Shown here: positions 9,328 through 19,809 of the stretch, in pieces | Numbering within the stretch: position 1 is the stretch's first letter | Layout: each line of letters starts with the position of its first letter | Assembly (NCBI RefSeq): GCF_028641065.1 | Contig: NC_073401.1 | Coordinates: forward strand, 22,320,001-22,384,000 | Source: Leucoraja erinacea | Lineage: Eukaryota | Length of the DNA: 64,000 bases | Direction: 5' to 3' | Translations under genes and position numbers: made by a program | Notes under the pieces: model-generated | The model's input: only the letters and a program-made list of their open reading frames with translations | Told to the model about the DNA's origin: nothing | The model's database searches: none

Positions 9328-11784
9328 ATGGCGATGGCGGGGGCGCGGCAGAAGGCGAGGAGCTACGCAGTAGTGACATCAGCAGCGGAAGCGAGGACAT
9401 CTGAACATGAGCCTCATGTTGACTTGGACTGGGACAGTTTTGGTATCTCGGTTCAAACTGGGCCCCAGATGTCCAGGGGATCAATTACGAAGGCTATGAA
9501 TGCCCTTCTTGGTAGGGGGGCTATTGTCTCTTCCGAGCTCGAGAGGGGAAAGGTTGAGATGATACTGAAGAACCGGGAGGATGTGGCCATAGCGGTGGAG
9601 AGAGGGGGATTGGGGGGGGGGGGGGGATGGGTGTCCAGGGTGAGACGGTTCTGCGGAGTTGCCCCACATGGGGGGGGGGGGGGGTCCATATCACAGGGGG
9701 ACCCCATGGGTGTCCGAGGTGGGAGGGTGAGACCGGTTCTCCTGCGGAGTTGCCCCAAATGTATTCCGGATGCGACACTCTTTCCACACCTGTCTCAGAT
9801 TGGGGAGGTGCGGTCTAAGTGCTTTAGGCTCATGCACCCTGGGGGGGACCCGGAGGAAAAAGGGATTCTCAGTTTCAAAAGGAGGGTGTTCGTGAAGGTG
9901 GGGGAGGGGGAAGGTGATGAGGGGAGTTTCGAGGTGGAGTGTAGGGGTCTCCCCAGAACCGTGCGTTGGAGTTGGGGAAAGGCACGGTGTCATGCGTGCG
10001 GTGGTTATGGACATCTCCGAAGGGAATGTCCTAATCAAGGGGTCGCTGCTAGAACTTCTCACGCAGCGGCCCAGGAATGCACTGCTGGCCCATCAGGGGC
10101 TGCTCGTCATGTCTCGGAGGGGCGGGGTGGAATCGCTGACCTGGCAGGGGCTGCCGGCTCTGCCTCGGTGATCCGGGGCAGCGGGGATAGCCCTTCTGGG
10201 TCTGTAGTTTCAGCCTTGGGGACCCGGGGCAGCAAGGGCCCCCGCCCCCTACATCCTGAACCTGAGGGGGTGGCTGAAGGTGAGGCACAGGGGGAGGGGG
10301 GAGAGAAATGGGAGCAGCAGAAGAAGAAGAAGAATAAGCTGAAAAAGACCACCCAAGCGAGTCAAAAGCAAGCGGGTGTGCTACTGCCGAGTGCGGAGAT
10401 CACCCAAGGGGCGCCTGTCAGCTCCAGGGGGGTCCAGAGTGAAACTGCCGTGGCCCAGCAAGGAGCTGAGGTGGCTCTGAAGGGGGTAGGGAAGGCAAAA
10501 CGCGCGGGTGGTAAGGAGGCGGGGGGTAGTGTGGAGGAGGAAGACCCTCTCCTTATGGAGGTTACCACACCGCCGCATGCTAGTGGGACAAAAAGGAGGA
10601 TTGGGCCTGGTGAGGAAGAGCAGGGACGTGAGTCCAAAGTTAGGGGGGTGGATTTTTCCAGATCTTCCACCACCGATGTGGTTGGAGGTCAGGAAATGAC
10701 GTCGTCTGGGTTGGAGGTTGAGCATCCACCTCAGGGATCTCTCGAGGGTACCACAGGGTCAGGTGAGGGGGTAGACCCCTCTGGAGTTGTGTCCTCTGGG
10801 CGGGGGGATGTCGTTTTGTCTCAGGGGCCCTCCGAGGGGGGGATCTCATCGTGTGTTGATCTTGGCTCCCCTGGGAGTGTGTCTTCTGGGTCGGAGGAGG
10901 TCCCCTCGTTTCAGAGGCCTACTGAGGGTGTTAGCACACAGGAGGGTGGGGTAAGCTCCCCTGGTAGTGCGGACCCTGAGACGGGGGATGAGCAGAGTCA
11001 GCCCGAGGGGGGAGTGGTGTTCCAATCAGTGCTCAATTTTAGAGCCAATGGTGGTTCTGAGGTGTGTATTGTATTGCCGGTTGATTTAGCAGGGGAGGGG
11101 AAAAAAACTAGTGGAGAGCCTCTGGGTGTTGCCAGTGGAGGGGGTGCTTTCGGTGCTGTGGAGGTCGGAGTTATTTCAGGCAGCGACCTTCTTTCAGATT
11201 CTGGGGGTGCCAGTTTACCACAGACCCTGGGGGTGCCTCTTGTTTACTCTTCCCCAGGCCCAGGTATAGAGGGTGAGAACAGAGCGCAGGAGCCCAGCCA
11301 GTCAGTGGGCTGCGTGATGTGGAGAGGGGCTTCGGGACCCTTCGCCGGTATTGATCCTGGGGGTGGTAGCATGCCGGAGGAGAGGGACAGTGGTGGGGCC
11401 GATTTGTGTGGAGGGGTTGGCGAAATTCCAGAGAGCTCTGGTTTTTCGAATTCTGAAAATGACCTTGGGGATGCTGAGCGTGTTGTGTCAGGTGCGAGTA
11501 ACTTGGACGATAGCCCAGGATCCAGGGTCGAGTCTCATGAAATTGTTATCTGTGAGGTGCGAGAGTTTCTAAAGATAAGCCACACCAACAGAACAAGGTT
11601 AGAGACGGCTAAGAGACGGTGGGCTGATCTGTCGTCCTTAGTTAAAACTCTCGAGGCTATCCTTGCGACCAAGGATAGTGATCTTCCTGGCTCTGAGCAG
11701 TGTCAGTTTAGGGACTTTTTGGAGTTCCTAAAAAGAGAGAGGGCTACAGAGCCCAGGAGGAGAAGTATGAGGATTTCAATTTAA
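9328..11784 (+). CDS. Tx1 ORF1 (gag-like nucleic-acid-binding protein, 818 aa)
   Basis: Long ORF with a CHACGGYGHLRREC (CX2CX4HX4C) knuckle, a basic KKKKNKLKK stretch and a low-complexity G/S/E-rich region. Confidence 0.8.
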   Translation: MAMAGARQKARSYAVVTSAAEARTSEHEPHVDLDWDSFGISVQTGPQMSRGSITKAMNALLGRGAIVSSELERGKVEMILKNREDVAIAVERGGLGGGGGWVSRVRRFCGVAPHGGGGGSISQGDPMGVRGGRVRPVLLRSCPKCIPDATLFPHLSQIGEVRSKCFRLMHPGGDPEEKGILSFKRRVFVKVGEGEGDEGSFEVECRGLPRTVRWSWGKARCHACGGYGHLRRECPNQGVAARTSHAAAQECTAGPSGAARHVSEGRGGIADLAGAAGSASVIRGSGDSPSGSVVSALGTRGSKGPRPLHPEPEGVAEGEAQGEGGEKWEQQKKKKNKLKKTTQASQKQAGVLLPSAEITQGAPVSSRGVQSETAVAQQGAEVALKGVGKAKRAGGKEAGGSVEEEDPLLMEVTTPPHASGTKRRIGPGEEEQGRESKVRGVDFSRSSTTDVVGGQEMTSSGLEVEHPPQGSLEGTTGSGEGVDPSGVVSSGRGDVVLSQGPSEGGISSCVDLGSPGSVSSGSEEVPSFQRPTEGVSTQEGGVSSPGSADPETGDEQSQPEGGVVFQSVLNFRANGGSEVCIVLPVDLAGEGKKTSGEPLGVASGGGAFGAVEVGVISGSDLLSDSGGASLPQTLGVPLVYSSPGPGIEGENRAQEPSQSVGCVMWRGASGPFAGIDPGGGSMPEERDSGGADLCGGVGEIPESSGFSNSENDLGDAERVVSGASNLDDSPGSRVESHEIVICEVREFLKISHTNRTRLETAKRRWADLSSLVKTLEAILATKDSDLPGSEQCQFRDFLEFLKRERATEPRRRSMRISI

Positions 11785-14700
11785 TGTACCAGTGCATTCA
11801 CGTTAGCTACCCTAAACTTAAACGGGAGTAGAGCGAGTTTTCGCAGGTTCCAGCTTTTATCGGTCCTTAGGGAGGGGAAATTTGCAGTGTGTTTTCTGCA
11901 GGAGACGCATACTGTTGTCAAGGATGAACCCACTTGGAGGTTGGAGTGGGAAGGAGAGGTCTATATGAGTCATCTTAGCTCAAATTCGAGTGGGGTGGCC
12001 ATTCTGTTGGCTCAGAATTTCCTGCCCAATATTATAAAAGTGCAAGAAGTTGTGCCAGGACGTTTGCTCCATCTGGCCGTGAGCCTGGATGGCATGCCGT
12101 TGCATTTCATTAACGTGTATGCCCCCAGCTCCGGCACGATGCAGGCCGGCCTAATTCAGGAAGTGAATGCTCTGTTGAGCACTATTGATCGGGGAGAGTG
12201 TGTCTTCCTTGGGGGGGACTTTAACTGCACACTTGAGGTGCGAGATCGTTCTGGTACTCAGTGTGCTCCTGCTGTAGCAAAGAAGCTGAGAGGGTTGATT
12301 GATTCTTTTGAGTTGGTTGATGCGTGGCGGGACCTCAACCCAGACTCCACTGCTTTTTCGCGGAGGTCTGAGGGCGGTGGTTCCCGCATTGATCGAATAT
12401 ATATCTCCCGAGCGTTTGTTTCCCGTGTCTCAGCGGCCTCAATGCAGATGGTGCCATGCTCGGACCACTGTCTGGTGCGTGTGGATTTTAATCCAGCACG
12501 CGTTCGGGCTGGGTCTGCGTACTGGCACTTTAATAACCGGCTGCTGGAGGATCGGTGTTTCCGGGAGTCATTCACTCGGTTTTGGGTGCGGTGGAGAGAG
12601 AGGCAGAGATGCTTCTCTTCCCTAAGGCAGTGGTGGGATGTGGGAAAAGCTCACATCCGTATTTTTTGTAAGGAATACACGTGGGGGTCGACCGGGCGGC
12701 GGGACTCAGCGGTTGAGAAGCTTGAGAGGGAGCTGATGGACGCAGAGTCTCGCCTGGGTCAGGCTGGAGGTGACTCTTGCGAATGGGGTGTGTTTCATGA
12801 GAAGAAGGAAGCCTTGAGGAACCTGCAACTTGAGCGGTCCCGAGGCGCTTACGTGAGGGCGCGGGTCCAGATGCTGCATGATCTGGATCGAGCATCGCCC
12901 TTCTTTTTCTCTCTGGAGAAAGGGCGGGGAGCCCGCAAGCAGCTCGTGGAGCTGCTCGCAGATGATGGCTCCTCTGTCACAGATCCGGAGAGGATTAGTG
13001 CCTTGGTCAGGTCCTTTTATGGTTCCCTGTTCTCCGCAGGTGGAGTCAGCGGGGAAGCTCAGCAGGACCTGTGGGAGAGTCTACCGGTTATAGATAGGGA
13101 GGTGGCCGATCTTCTTGATGGCCCTTTATCTTTGGAGGAGTTGACTTGTGCACTGCATCAGCTCAGGAGGGGTAAGTCCCCCGGGCTGGATGGGCTGACG
13201 GTAGATTACATGTTGGTTCTGGGGGATAGCCTGGCGACAGGGGAGATGCCCCTTTCGTGGCGTCGAACAGTGGTTGTCCTGCTGCCCAAGAAGGGGGAAC
13301 TCCGCCTGCTGAAAAACTGGCGCCCGGTCTCTCTCCTATGCACAGAGTATAAAGTATTTGCACGGGCGATGGCAAATCTCCTGGGCTCTGTGCTGTCTCA
13401 GCTGATTCACCATGACCAGTCTTACACAGTCCCTGGTCGGTCCATTCAGGATAACATCCACCTGGTTAGGGACCTGATTCATCTAGCACAGGGAACTGGT
13501 CAGTCAGCTGCGTTTCTGTCTCTTGATCAGGAGAAGGCTTTTGATAGGGTAGAGCATGAATACCTGTTCGGAACGTTGCAAGCGTTTGGATTTGGACCGC
13601 ATTTTGTGGCCCGGGTCCACCTCTTGTATGCTGCAGCGGAGTGCCTTGTGAAGGTTAATGGTGCGTTGTTGGTTCCCTTTCATTTTGGGAGGGGGGTCCA
13701 TCAGGGGTGCCCCATGTCAGGTCAGTTGTACTCGGTCTGTGTGGAGCCATTCCTGTGTCTTCTTCGGAGGAGGTTGACAGGCCTGGCCCTACCGGGCCCA
13801 GGGGTGGAGTTGGTTCTTTCGGCCTATGCCGATGATGTACTCCTTATGTTCACCGATCCTGGTGACCTGCGGAGGATGCGTGATTGCCAGAAGATTTTCT
13901 CGGATGCATCGTCTGCCAGGATTAATTGGAGCAAGTGCTCTGGACTTTTAGTGGGTCAGTGGCAGGTGGACTCCCTGCCAGAGAAGATGGCAATGTTTGC
14001 GTGGAGCACCACGCACCTCCTCTATCTGGGGGTGTACCTGAGTCCCACTGAGGATGATTGGCCGGCAAATTGGCAGGAGTTGGAGACGAAAGTGGTTGCC
14101 AGGCTGGGGCGCTGGTCAGGCCTGCTTGGAGTTCTTTCTTTTCAGGGGAGGGTGTTGGTCATAAACCAGCTGGTGGCCTCCATGTTATGGTACCGGCTGG
14201 CTACTCTTGTCCCGCCTCCCACTTTTGTGAATGCTTTACAGAAGAAGCTGGTGGACTTCTTTTGGGGAAATAGGAAGCACTGGGTTTCCGCAGCTGTCCT
14301 GAGTCTCCCGTTAGAGGAGGGCGGCCAGTCCTTGGTATGCGTGCGTACCCAGGTGGCGGCTCTCCGCCTCAGGACTCTGAGGAGGTATATGTATATAGAG
14401 AACCCCCCCAGATGGCACGTTTTGGCCACGTATTTTTTCCGACGGAGTCGTTGTCTAAGGGGAGTCTCGCGGCTCCTGGTGGCGGGCATCAGTCGACCCG
14501 CCCTAAGGGGCTTGCCTGTTTTCTACCAGGATGTGTTAAGAGTGAGGAATCTGGTTGTTTTCAGCCAGCGTGTTGCTCCACGAGGGGAGGGGGATGTTGC
14601 GGCTGCGGGAGTGGCCGGTCCTCAACAAATCATGGTGGGTGTCGAGGAGAGGCGTGTGCCTAGAGTGGTTTTAAATGAGCTCTTACCACCTCCGTCAGAT

Positions 14701-15456
14701 CTGCTCATTGGGCCTCAGTTCCGGGATATATCTAGGGCACCGGTTCCAGACAACCTGAGCCGCCTTTCGGAGATGATTAGCGTGCCGTTTCGTGACGCAA
14801 AGAGACGCTCACTGTATAGAATGTTCCTGCACATTCTGCACCTCCTTGCCTTCGTCTCCCGTCCCGACACACCATGGCGGACGGTGTTACCACCTGAAGG
14901 CAGAAAAGGTCCCCAGTGGGGGTCCCTCTACAAGGGAGTTGTCCCCCTTTACGTGGGGGACCTGGGGTGGAGAGTGCTGCACAGAGCGGTGGCGTGTAAC
15001 AAACTTTTGAGTCGGTTCACGGACTCGTCCGCTGCCTGTATTTTTTGTGGCGAGGAAGAGACCGTGTTCCACATTTATACGGAGTGTGAGAGGCTACTGC
15101 CCCTATATCAATATCTGAAGGGGTTGTTCCTAAAGTTCTGGTTACATTTTAGTCCTACGATTCTTGTGTTTGGACACAAGGCAGGGTGTGGGGAGAGCCA
15201 AGTGGGAGGGTGGGACCTACCTGTCGGTCTACTCCTGGGCCTGGCCAAGATGGCCATATGCGGGTCCAGGCAGCAGGCGATGGATGGTCAGGCAAGAGTC
15301 GGCTGCCTGCCCCTCTTTCGGGCCTACGTCCGTGCACGTGTGTCCCTGGAGAGGGAACATGCGGTGCTCACGGGGACTTTGGAGGTATTCCGTGGGCGCT
15401 GGTCACCGCGTGGGGTTGAGAGTATTGTGAATAATGATTGTAATGTTGTACTATAA
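11785..15456 (+). CDS. Tx1 ORF2 (APE endonuclease, reverse transcriptase, C-terminal Zn finger); start codon uncertain
   Basis: TLATLNLNG, FLQETH, GGDFN, RIDRIY, SDH (APE); NWRPVSLL, LDQEKAFDRV, QGCPMS, YADD (RT); CIFC..H....C. Closely follows Xenopus Tx1 ORF2 as recalled. Confidence 0.88.
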   Translation, partial: CTSAFTLATLNLNGSRASFRRFQLLSVLREGKFAVCFLQETHTVVKDEPTWRLEWEGEVYMSHLSSNSSGVAILLAQNFLPNIIKVQEVVPGRLLHLAVSLDGMPLHFINVYAPSSGTMQAGLIQEVNALLSTIDRGECVFLGGDFNCTLEVRDRSGTQCAPAVAKKLRGLIDSFELVDAWRDLNPDSTAFSRRSEGGGSRIDRIYISRAFVSRVSAASMQMVPCSDHCLVRVDFNPARVRAGSAYWHFNNRLLEDRCFRESFTRFWVRWRERQRCFSSLRQWWDVGKAHIRIFCKEYTWGSTGRRDSAVEKLERELMDAESRLGQAGGDSCEWGVFHEKKEALRNLQLERSRGAYVRARVQMLHDLDRASPFFFSLEKGRGARKQLVELLADDGSSVTDPERISALVRSFYGSLFSAGGVSGEAQQDLWESLPVIDREVADLLDGPLSLEELTCALHQLRRGKSPGLDGLTVDYMLVLGDSLATGEMPLSWRRTVVVLLPKKGELRLLKNWRPVSLLCTEYKVFARAMANLLGSVLSQLIHHDQSYTVPGRSIQDNIHLVRDLIHLAQGTGQSAAFLSLDQEKAFDRVEHEYLFGTLQAFGFGPHFVARVHLLYAAAECLVKVNGALLVPFHFGRGVHQGCPMSGQLYSVCVEPFLCLLRRRLTGLALPGPGVELVLSAYADDVLLMFTDPGDLRRMRDCQKIFSDASSARINWSKCSGLLVGQWQVDSLPEKMAMFAWSTTHLLYLGVYLSPTEDDWPANWQELETKVVARLGRWSGLLGVLSFQGRVLVINQLVASMLWYRLATLVPPPTFVNALQKKLVDFFWGNRKHWVSAAVLSLPLEEGGQSLVCVRTQVAALRLRTLRRYMYIENPPRWHVLATYFFRRSRCLRGVSRLLVAGISRPALRGLPVFYQDVLRVRNLVVFSQRVAPRGEGDVAAAGVAGPQQIMVGVEERRVPRVVLNELLPPPSDLLIGPQFRDISRAPVPDNLSRLSEMISVPFRDAKRRSLYRMFLHILHLLAFVSRPDTPWRTVLPPEGRKGPQWGSLYKGVVPLYVGDLGWRVLHRAVACNKLLSRFTDSSAACIFCGEEETVFHIYTECERLLPLYQYLKGLFLKFWLHFSPTILVFGHKAGCGESQVGGWDLPVGLLLGLAKMAICGSRQQAMDGQARVGCLPLFRAYVRARVSLEREHAVLTGTLEVFRGRWSPRGVESIVNNDCNVVL

Positions 15457-15550
15457 TGACACGATATAATGTAAGTCCGTTTTGTGTATGACTTGATCTG
15501 TTGTAGTATTTGATGTGTTGAATAAAGTCTTTGAAAAAAAAAAAAAAAAA

Positions 15551-15589
<39 letters not shown>

Positions 15590-15706
15590 GACCGAAAGAC
15601 AGATAGACACAACGTGGGTCCGTAGGTAAATGACTAACCTGCACACCAAGAAGAAGCTCGCGGTCTGAGCCCTCAACCATGATGATGAGTTTTAAGAAAT
15701 TCTCAA

Positions 15707-15864
15707 TGTCGTCAATGCATCGATCTAAATTCCTCAGTGTAATTGTGTTTGACCAAGTATTAATGACGTCGCGTTCCTTTGAATACAATTCACAGGGCGT
15801 CATTAATACTTGGTCAAAACACAATTACATTTACCGAGGAATGTAGATCGATTAATTGATGACA
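15707..15864. repeat. Long imperfect inverted repeat (hairpin), ~62-bp arms with a 29-nt loop
   Basis: 15738-15768 is the reverse complement of 15798-15829 (one indel). Pairing extends outward with a few mismatches. Confidence 0.85.
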
Positions 15865-15979
15865 CATCGTATACACGTGATGACACGTGATAACTACTGG
15901 CTGTTAACGTGCTAGTAGTTAACACATCGTGTTTGTCTGATGGCCGGTGCAGTGGTTTTTATCCATGTTCGTTTAAAAA

Positions 15980-16950
15980 AAGGACCCGTTCACTCCTACT
16001 CTTTGCTTCTTGTCTGCCAACCAATTTTCTATCCATGTCAACACCCTATCCCCAATACCATGTGCTCTAATTTTAGTCACCAGTCTCCCGTGCGGGACCT
16101 TATCAAAGGCTTTCTGAAAGTCTAAATACACTACATCCACTGGCTCCCCTTCATCCATTTTATTTGTCATATCCTCAAAAAAATTCAGAAGATTAGGCAA
16201 GCATGATTTCCCTTTCATAAATCCATGTTGACTTGGACTAATCCTTTTACTGCTATCCAAATGCCCCATTATTACCTCTTTAATAATTGACTCCAGCATC
16301 TTTCCCACCACCGACGTCAGGCTAACTGGTCTGTAATTCCCCGTTTTCTCTCTCACTCCTTTCTTGAAAAGTGGGATAACATTAGCAATCCTCCAATCCA
16401 CAGGAACTGATCCTCAATCTATTGAACATTGGAAAAGAACATCCTTGTGATTGACGCAATGCAGCGTAGGTTCACGAGATTGATCCCTGGGATGGCGGGA
16501 CTGTCCGATGAGGAAAGATTGAAAAGACTAGGCTTGTATTCGCTGGAGTTTAGAAGGATGAGGGGTTCTTATAGAAACATATAAAATTATAAAAAGACTG
16601 CACAAGCTAGATGCAGGAAAAATGCTCCCAATGCTGGGCGAGTCCAGAACCAGGGGGCCACAGTCTTAGAGGCCATTTAAGACTGAGGTGAGAAAACACT
16701 TTTTCACCCAGAGAGTTCTGAATTTATGGAATTCCCTGCCACAGCGGGCAGTGGAGGCCAAATCACTGGATGGATTTGAGAGAGAGTTAGACAGAGCTCT
16801 AGAGGCTAGTGGAATCAAGGGATATGGGGAGAAGGCAGGCACGGGTTATTGATTGGGGACGATCAGGCATGATCACAATGAATGGCGGTGCTGGCTCGAC
16901 GGCCGAATGGCCTCCTTCTGCACCTATTTTCTATGTTTCTATGTTTCTAT
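15980..16950. mobile_element. Two abutting CR1-type fragments (15980-16435 on -, 16436-16950 on +)
   Basis: Minus ORF with NYRPVSLTS and VYLDFQKAFDKVPH. The plus piece is the inverted paralogue of 4230-4730. Confidence 0.85.
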
Positions 16951-17980
16951 GGAAATATTCCGAACAAATGAGACCCGATATCGATGACCGGGGAACGGTG
17001 AAGTTCACAATGGAGAACCAGGACACTAGGGGAACGGAAGGAAAAGGCAAGGCCGGGAAGATTCAAATGTCTGCTGTTGGACCCTTCATAAAAATTACGC
17101 CGCAGAAGAAATTGGGAAGAAATTGGGCATAATAATGGCAGCTCGACTGTAATCGGAATTGGTTCCTTTGAACAGGGAAGGTATAATGGTGATTTGAATG
17201 AGGGGCATAGTCAAGGTGTTTTAATTGACCAATTTGTTCCGAGTGAAAGAATGCTCAGTATTTACAAGTACAGATTTAGAGGAATTTCCAAAATAACTAA
17301 CCATCAGGTGAACAATTGCAGATATGTGACGCTGTATTCGAATCAGAAAAAAATGCCTACAATCCGGATCATTTAGAAAAGATAACACACATAAAGCTGG
17401 AGTAACTTAGTGGGTCAGACAGCATCTCTGGAGAAAACTGTCTGAAGAAGGGTCTCGCCCCAAAGAGACCCATCTCTTCACCTATGCCTATCCTTAGCCC
17501 CACGTCCCCCTCCCTTTTCATCTGTGCATTAATTCCCTCATATTGTGTTTTGTATTGAATTCTGTCTTTACTTTGTGTACTAGTCATGTCTCTACTATTT
17601 ATTTCATTCACCTTACATGTTTTTCCTCTACCTGCTATTTTTTTGTAAGGTGTCCTTGAGACTCTTGAAAGGCGCCCATAAATAAAATGTATTATTATTA
17701 TTATTATTAAAACGTCACCGATTCCTTTTCTCCAGAGATGCTTTCTGACCCGCTGAGTTACTCCAGCTTTTTGTGTTTATCTTTGGTTTAAACCAGCATC
17801 TGCAGCTCCTTCCCATTCATTAATACTTAAGCCCAGGTTGCTCATGTAATGTGACAATAATTGGGAATAAAGCTTGGAATAAGTGAAAAGCGATTTGTGA
17901 CAGAGGTCAGGGGTTTGTCCGTGACTTATTGTCCTCTAACTATAGCATATAGTTCCCTCATTGTTCGCTATTAACCCCGC

Positions 17981-18139
17981 NNNNNNNNNNNNNNNNNNNN
18001 NNNNNNNNNNNNNNNNNNNNNNNNNNNNNNNNNNNNNNNNNNNNNNNNNNNNNNNNNNNNNNNNNNNNNNNNNNNNNNNNNNNNNNNNNNNNNNNNNNNN
18101 NNNNNNNNNNNNNNNNNNNNNNNNNNNNNNNNNNNNNNN
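17981..18139. other. Assembly gap (N run)
   Basis: 159 N. Confidence 0.99.
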
Positions 18140-18796
18140 TGAAGCTGCCGTGCACTCATCGCATCTTTCTGTAGATATTATCTTGCTTTATTGAGAGTGT
18201 TGTTGCCCAGTTCCAGTGTAATACCACCGTGAGACACGTGCACGCCACATACAAACTCAGTGGCAGTTCTGCTAACGCCAATAATCACCCCGTTTCTTTA
18301 AAGCTGACAATCAGAAGAAATAAAGAAGAAATAAAGTGTAATGTTTGTAAATATTTAAATACAAACCCCGTCACCGATTAGTGTGAAAGTCACGGCCTTC
18401 TGTGATGAAGGATGGAGGTGCCATGCTTAGTGCGAGGGGTGTAAAGGGGAGGTGCGAACAACCCATCAGTTTACAGAAACCTGCTGATATGTTGGGAATT
18501 AATGGCGTTTCCAAATTTCCAGATTTCCACGTATGCACACGTATTATATTTAATTATGTAACGGTACACCTTATGAACGAAGACATATTTAACAAACCAT
18601 GAACGCATGAGGCTGGTAGGGACGTTTTTTTTGGGGGGGGGGGGGGTTTAAACAGCCTGAAACCGCCAATCTATTTCTCACTTCCCACATACCGCCCGAC
18701 TTACTGAGTATTAACAGTATTTGCTGTTTATTTCTGTGATATTTTTGGTATTAAGACCACGTTTGCCATGCTTGGTTTACATGGTTCTTTGTCTGG

Positions 18797-18994
18797 TGTA
18801 CCTGAACAGAAACCTCTGGAGACTTTGCGCCCCACCCAAAGTTTCTGTGCGGTTCCCGGAGGTTGCAGGTGGTTGCCGGAGGTTGCAGGTAGTGGAAGCA
18901 GGTAGGGAAACTGACAAAAACCTCCGGGAACCGCATGGAAACCATGGGTGGGGCGCAAAGTCTCCAGTTCAGGTTTCCTAAGTGGGACAGGGGC
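18797..18994. mobile_element. Palindromic MITE, partial
   Basis: Internal inverted repeat CTGGAGACTTTGCGCCCCACCCA (18816-18838 / 18945-18967) and end AAGTGGGACAGGGGC. Absent at the paralogous site near 2690. Confidence 0.7.
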
Positions 18995-19219
18995 ATAATG
19001 TTGCACACGGACTGACAGAGCGCTGTATAACACATGGTATAAATCGACGAGTGGCTCACTAGAGTTGTACGATTGTAATTAGTGATCGAAATAGAGAAAC
19101 AAAATCAGTGTTGCTAGCTCAAATCTACGAGACAACACAACCCGTGTTAAGCCATCATGGTTCGGGTCAGAAATAAAACTGAGGGAATCAACAATGCATT
19201 TGAAATGCGTTTTATAAAC

Positions 19220-19225
19220 TTTATT
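19220..19225 (-). terminator. poly(A) signal of c2
   Basis: AATAAA on the minus strand at the position paralogous to c1. Confidence 0.65.
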
Positions 19226-19486
19226 GAACGGCTACAAAGATACCATGGGTACAATAGCAACATCCATGCTGTTGGGTAACGCAATTGAATCTACTTGATG
19301 CTTCATTGAAGAACGACATTCTTTCGAAAGAACTACATTTAAAGTGAACAAGTCATAAAAATCGAAGTTTCAACTACAAATGACATTTCCGAACGAAAAC
19401 ATCGAAGTCCAATACATTACTAACTTTGTCACATGGACGAACCCAATGATGATAAACTAACTTAGGTCAGCCTCACGTTTCCAACA

Positions 19487-19809
19487 TCAGATACAGCTGG
19501 ATCTCTCGATATTTGTCTTAAGTGGGTTTGCCTGAGCCTGGTGTGTAACCACACAGGAGTAAAGGTCGTGTAAGTTCCAGTCTGAGGCTGTCAGAGTCAG
19601 GTAACTGCTGAGACTGAACGTGTTGTCCTTATCCTGCTGGATCGGGCTGGTCTCAACGCCGCTATTTCTTGCACTGCCGTCGACTGTCCACTCAACGGCC
19701 ACCGAGCCCGGATTAAAGCCGTTCACCAAACACACCAGGGTGGCGGTGCCCTTTGAGGTAACTTCATCGGCTGAAGGCGGCAGGACCGTCACGATCGGTG
19801 CCCGAGGAT
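19487..19809 (-). CDS. IGL: Ig light chain c2 constant exon
   Basis: CAG acceptor; DPRAPIVTVLPPS..RSSCI-stop. Confidence 0.95.

Larger units (their letters stand above)
8814..15559 (+). mobile_element. Near full-length Tx1-clade (L1 group) non-LTR retrotransposon
   Basis: 5' UTR, ORF1 with CCHC knuckle, ORF2 APE-RT-Zn finger, AATAAA at 15521-15526 and A26 tail at 15534-15559, embedded in (GA)n. Confidence 0.92.

Noticed and set aside
9453-15824. Many short alternative-frame and antisense ORFs over the Tx1 element
   Set aside because: Shadow ORFs of GC-rich coding sequence.
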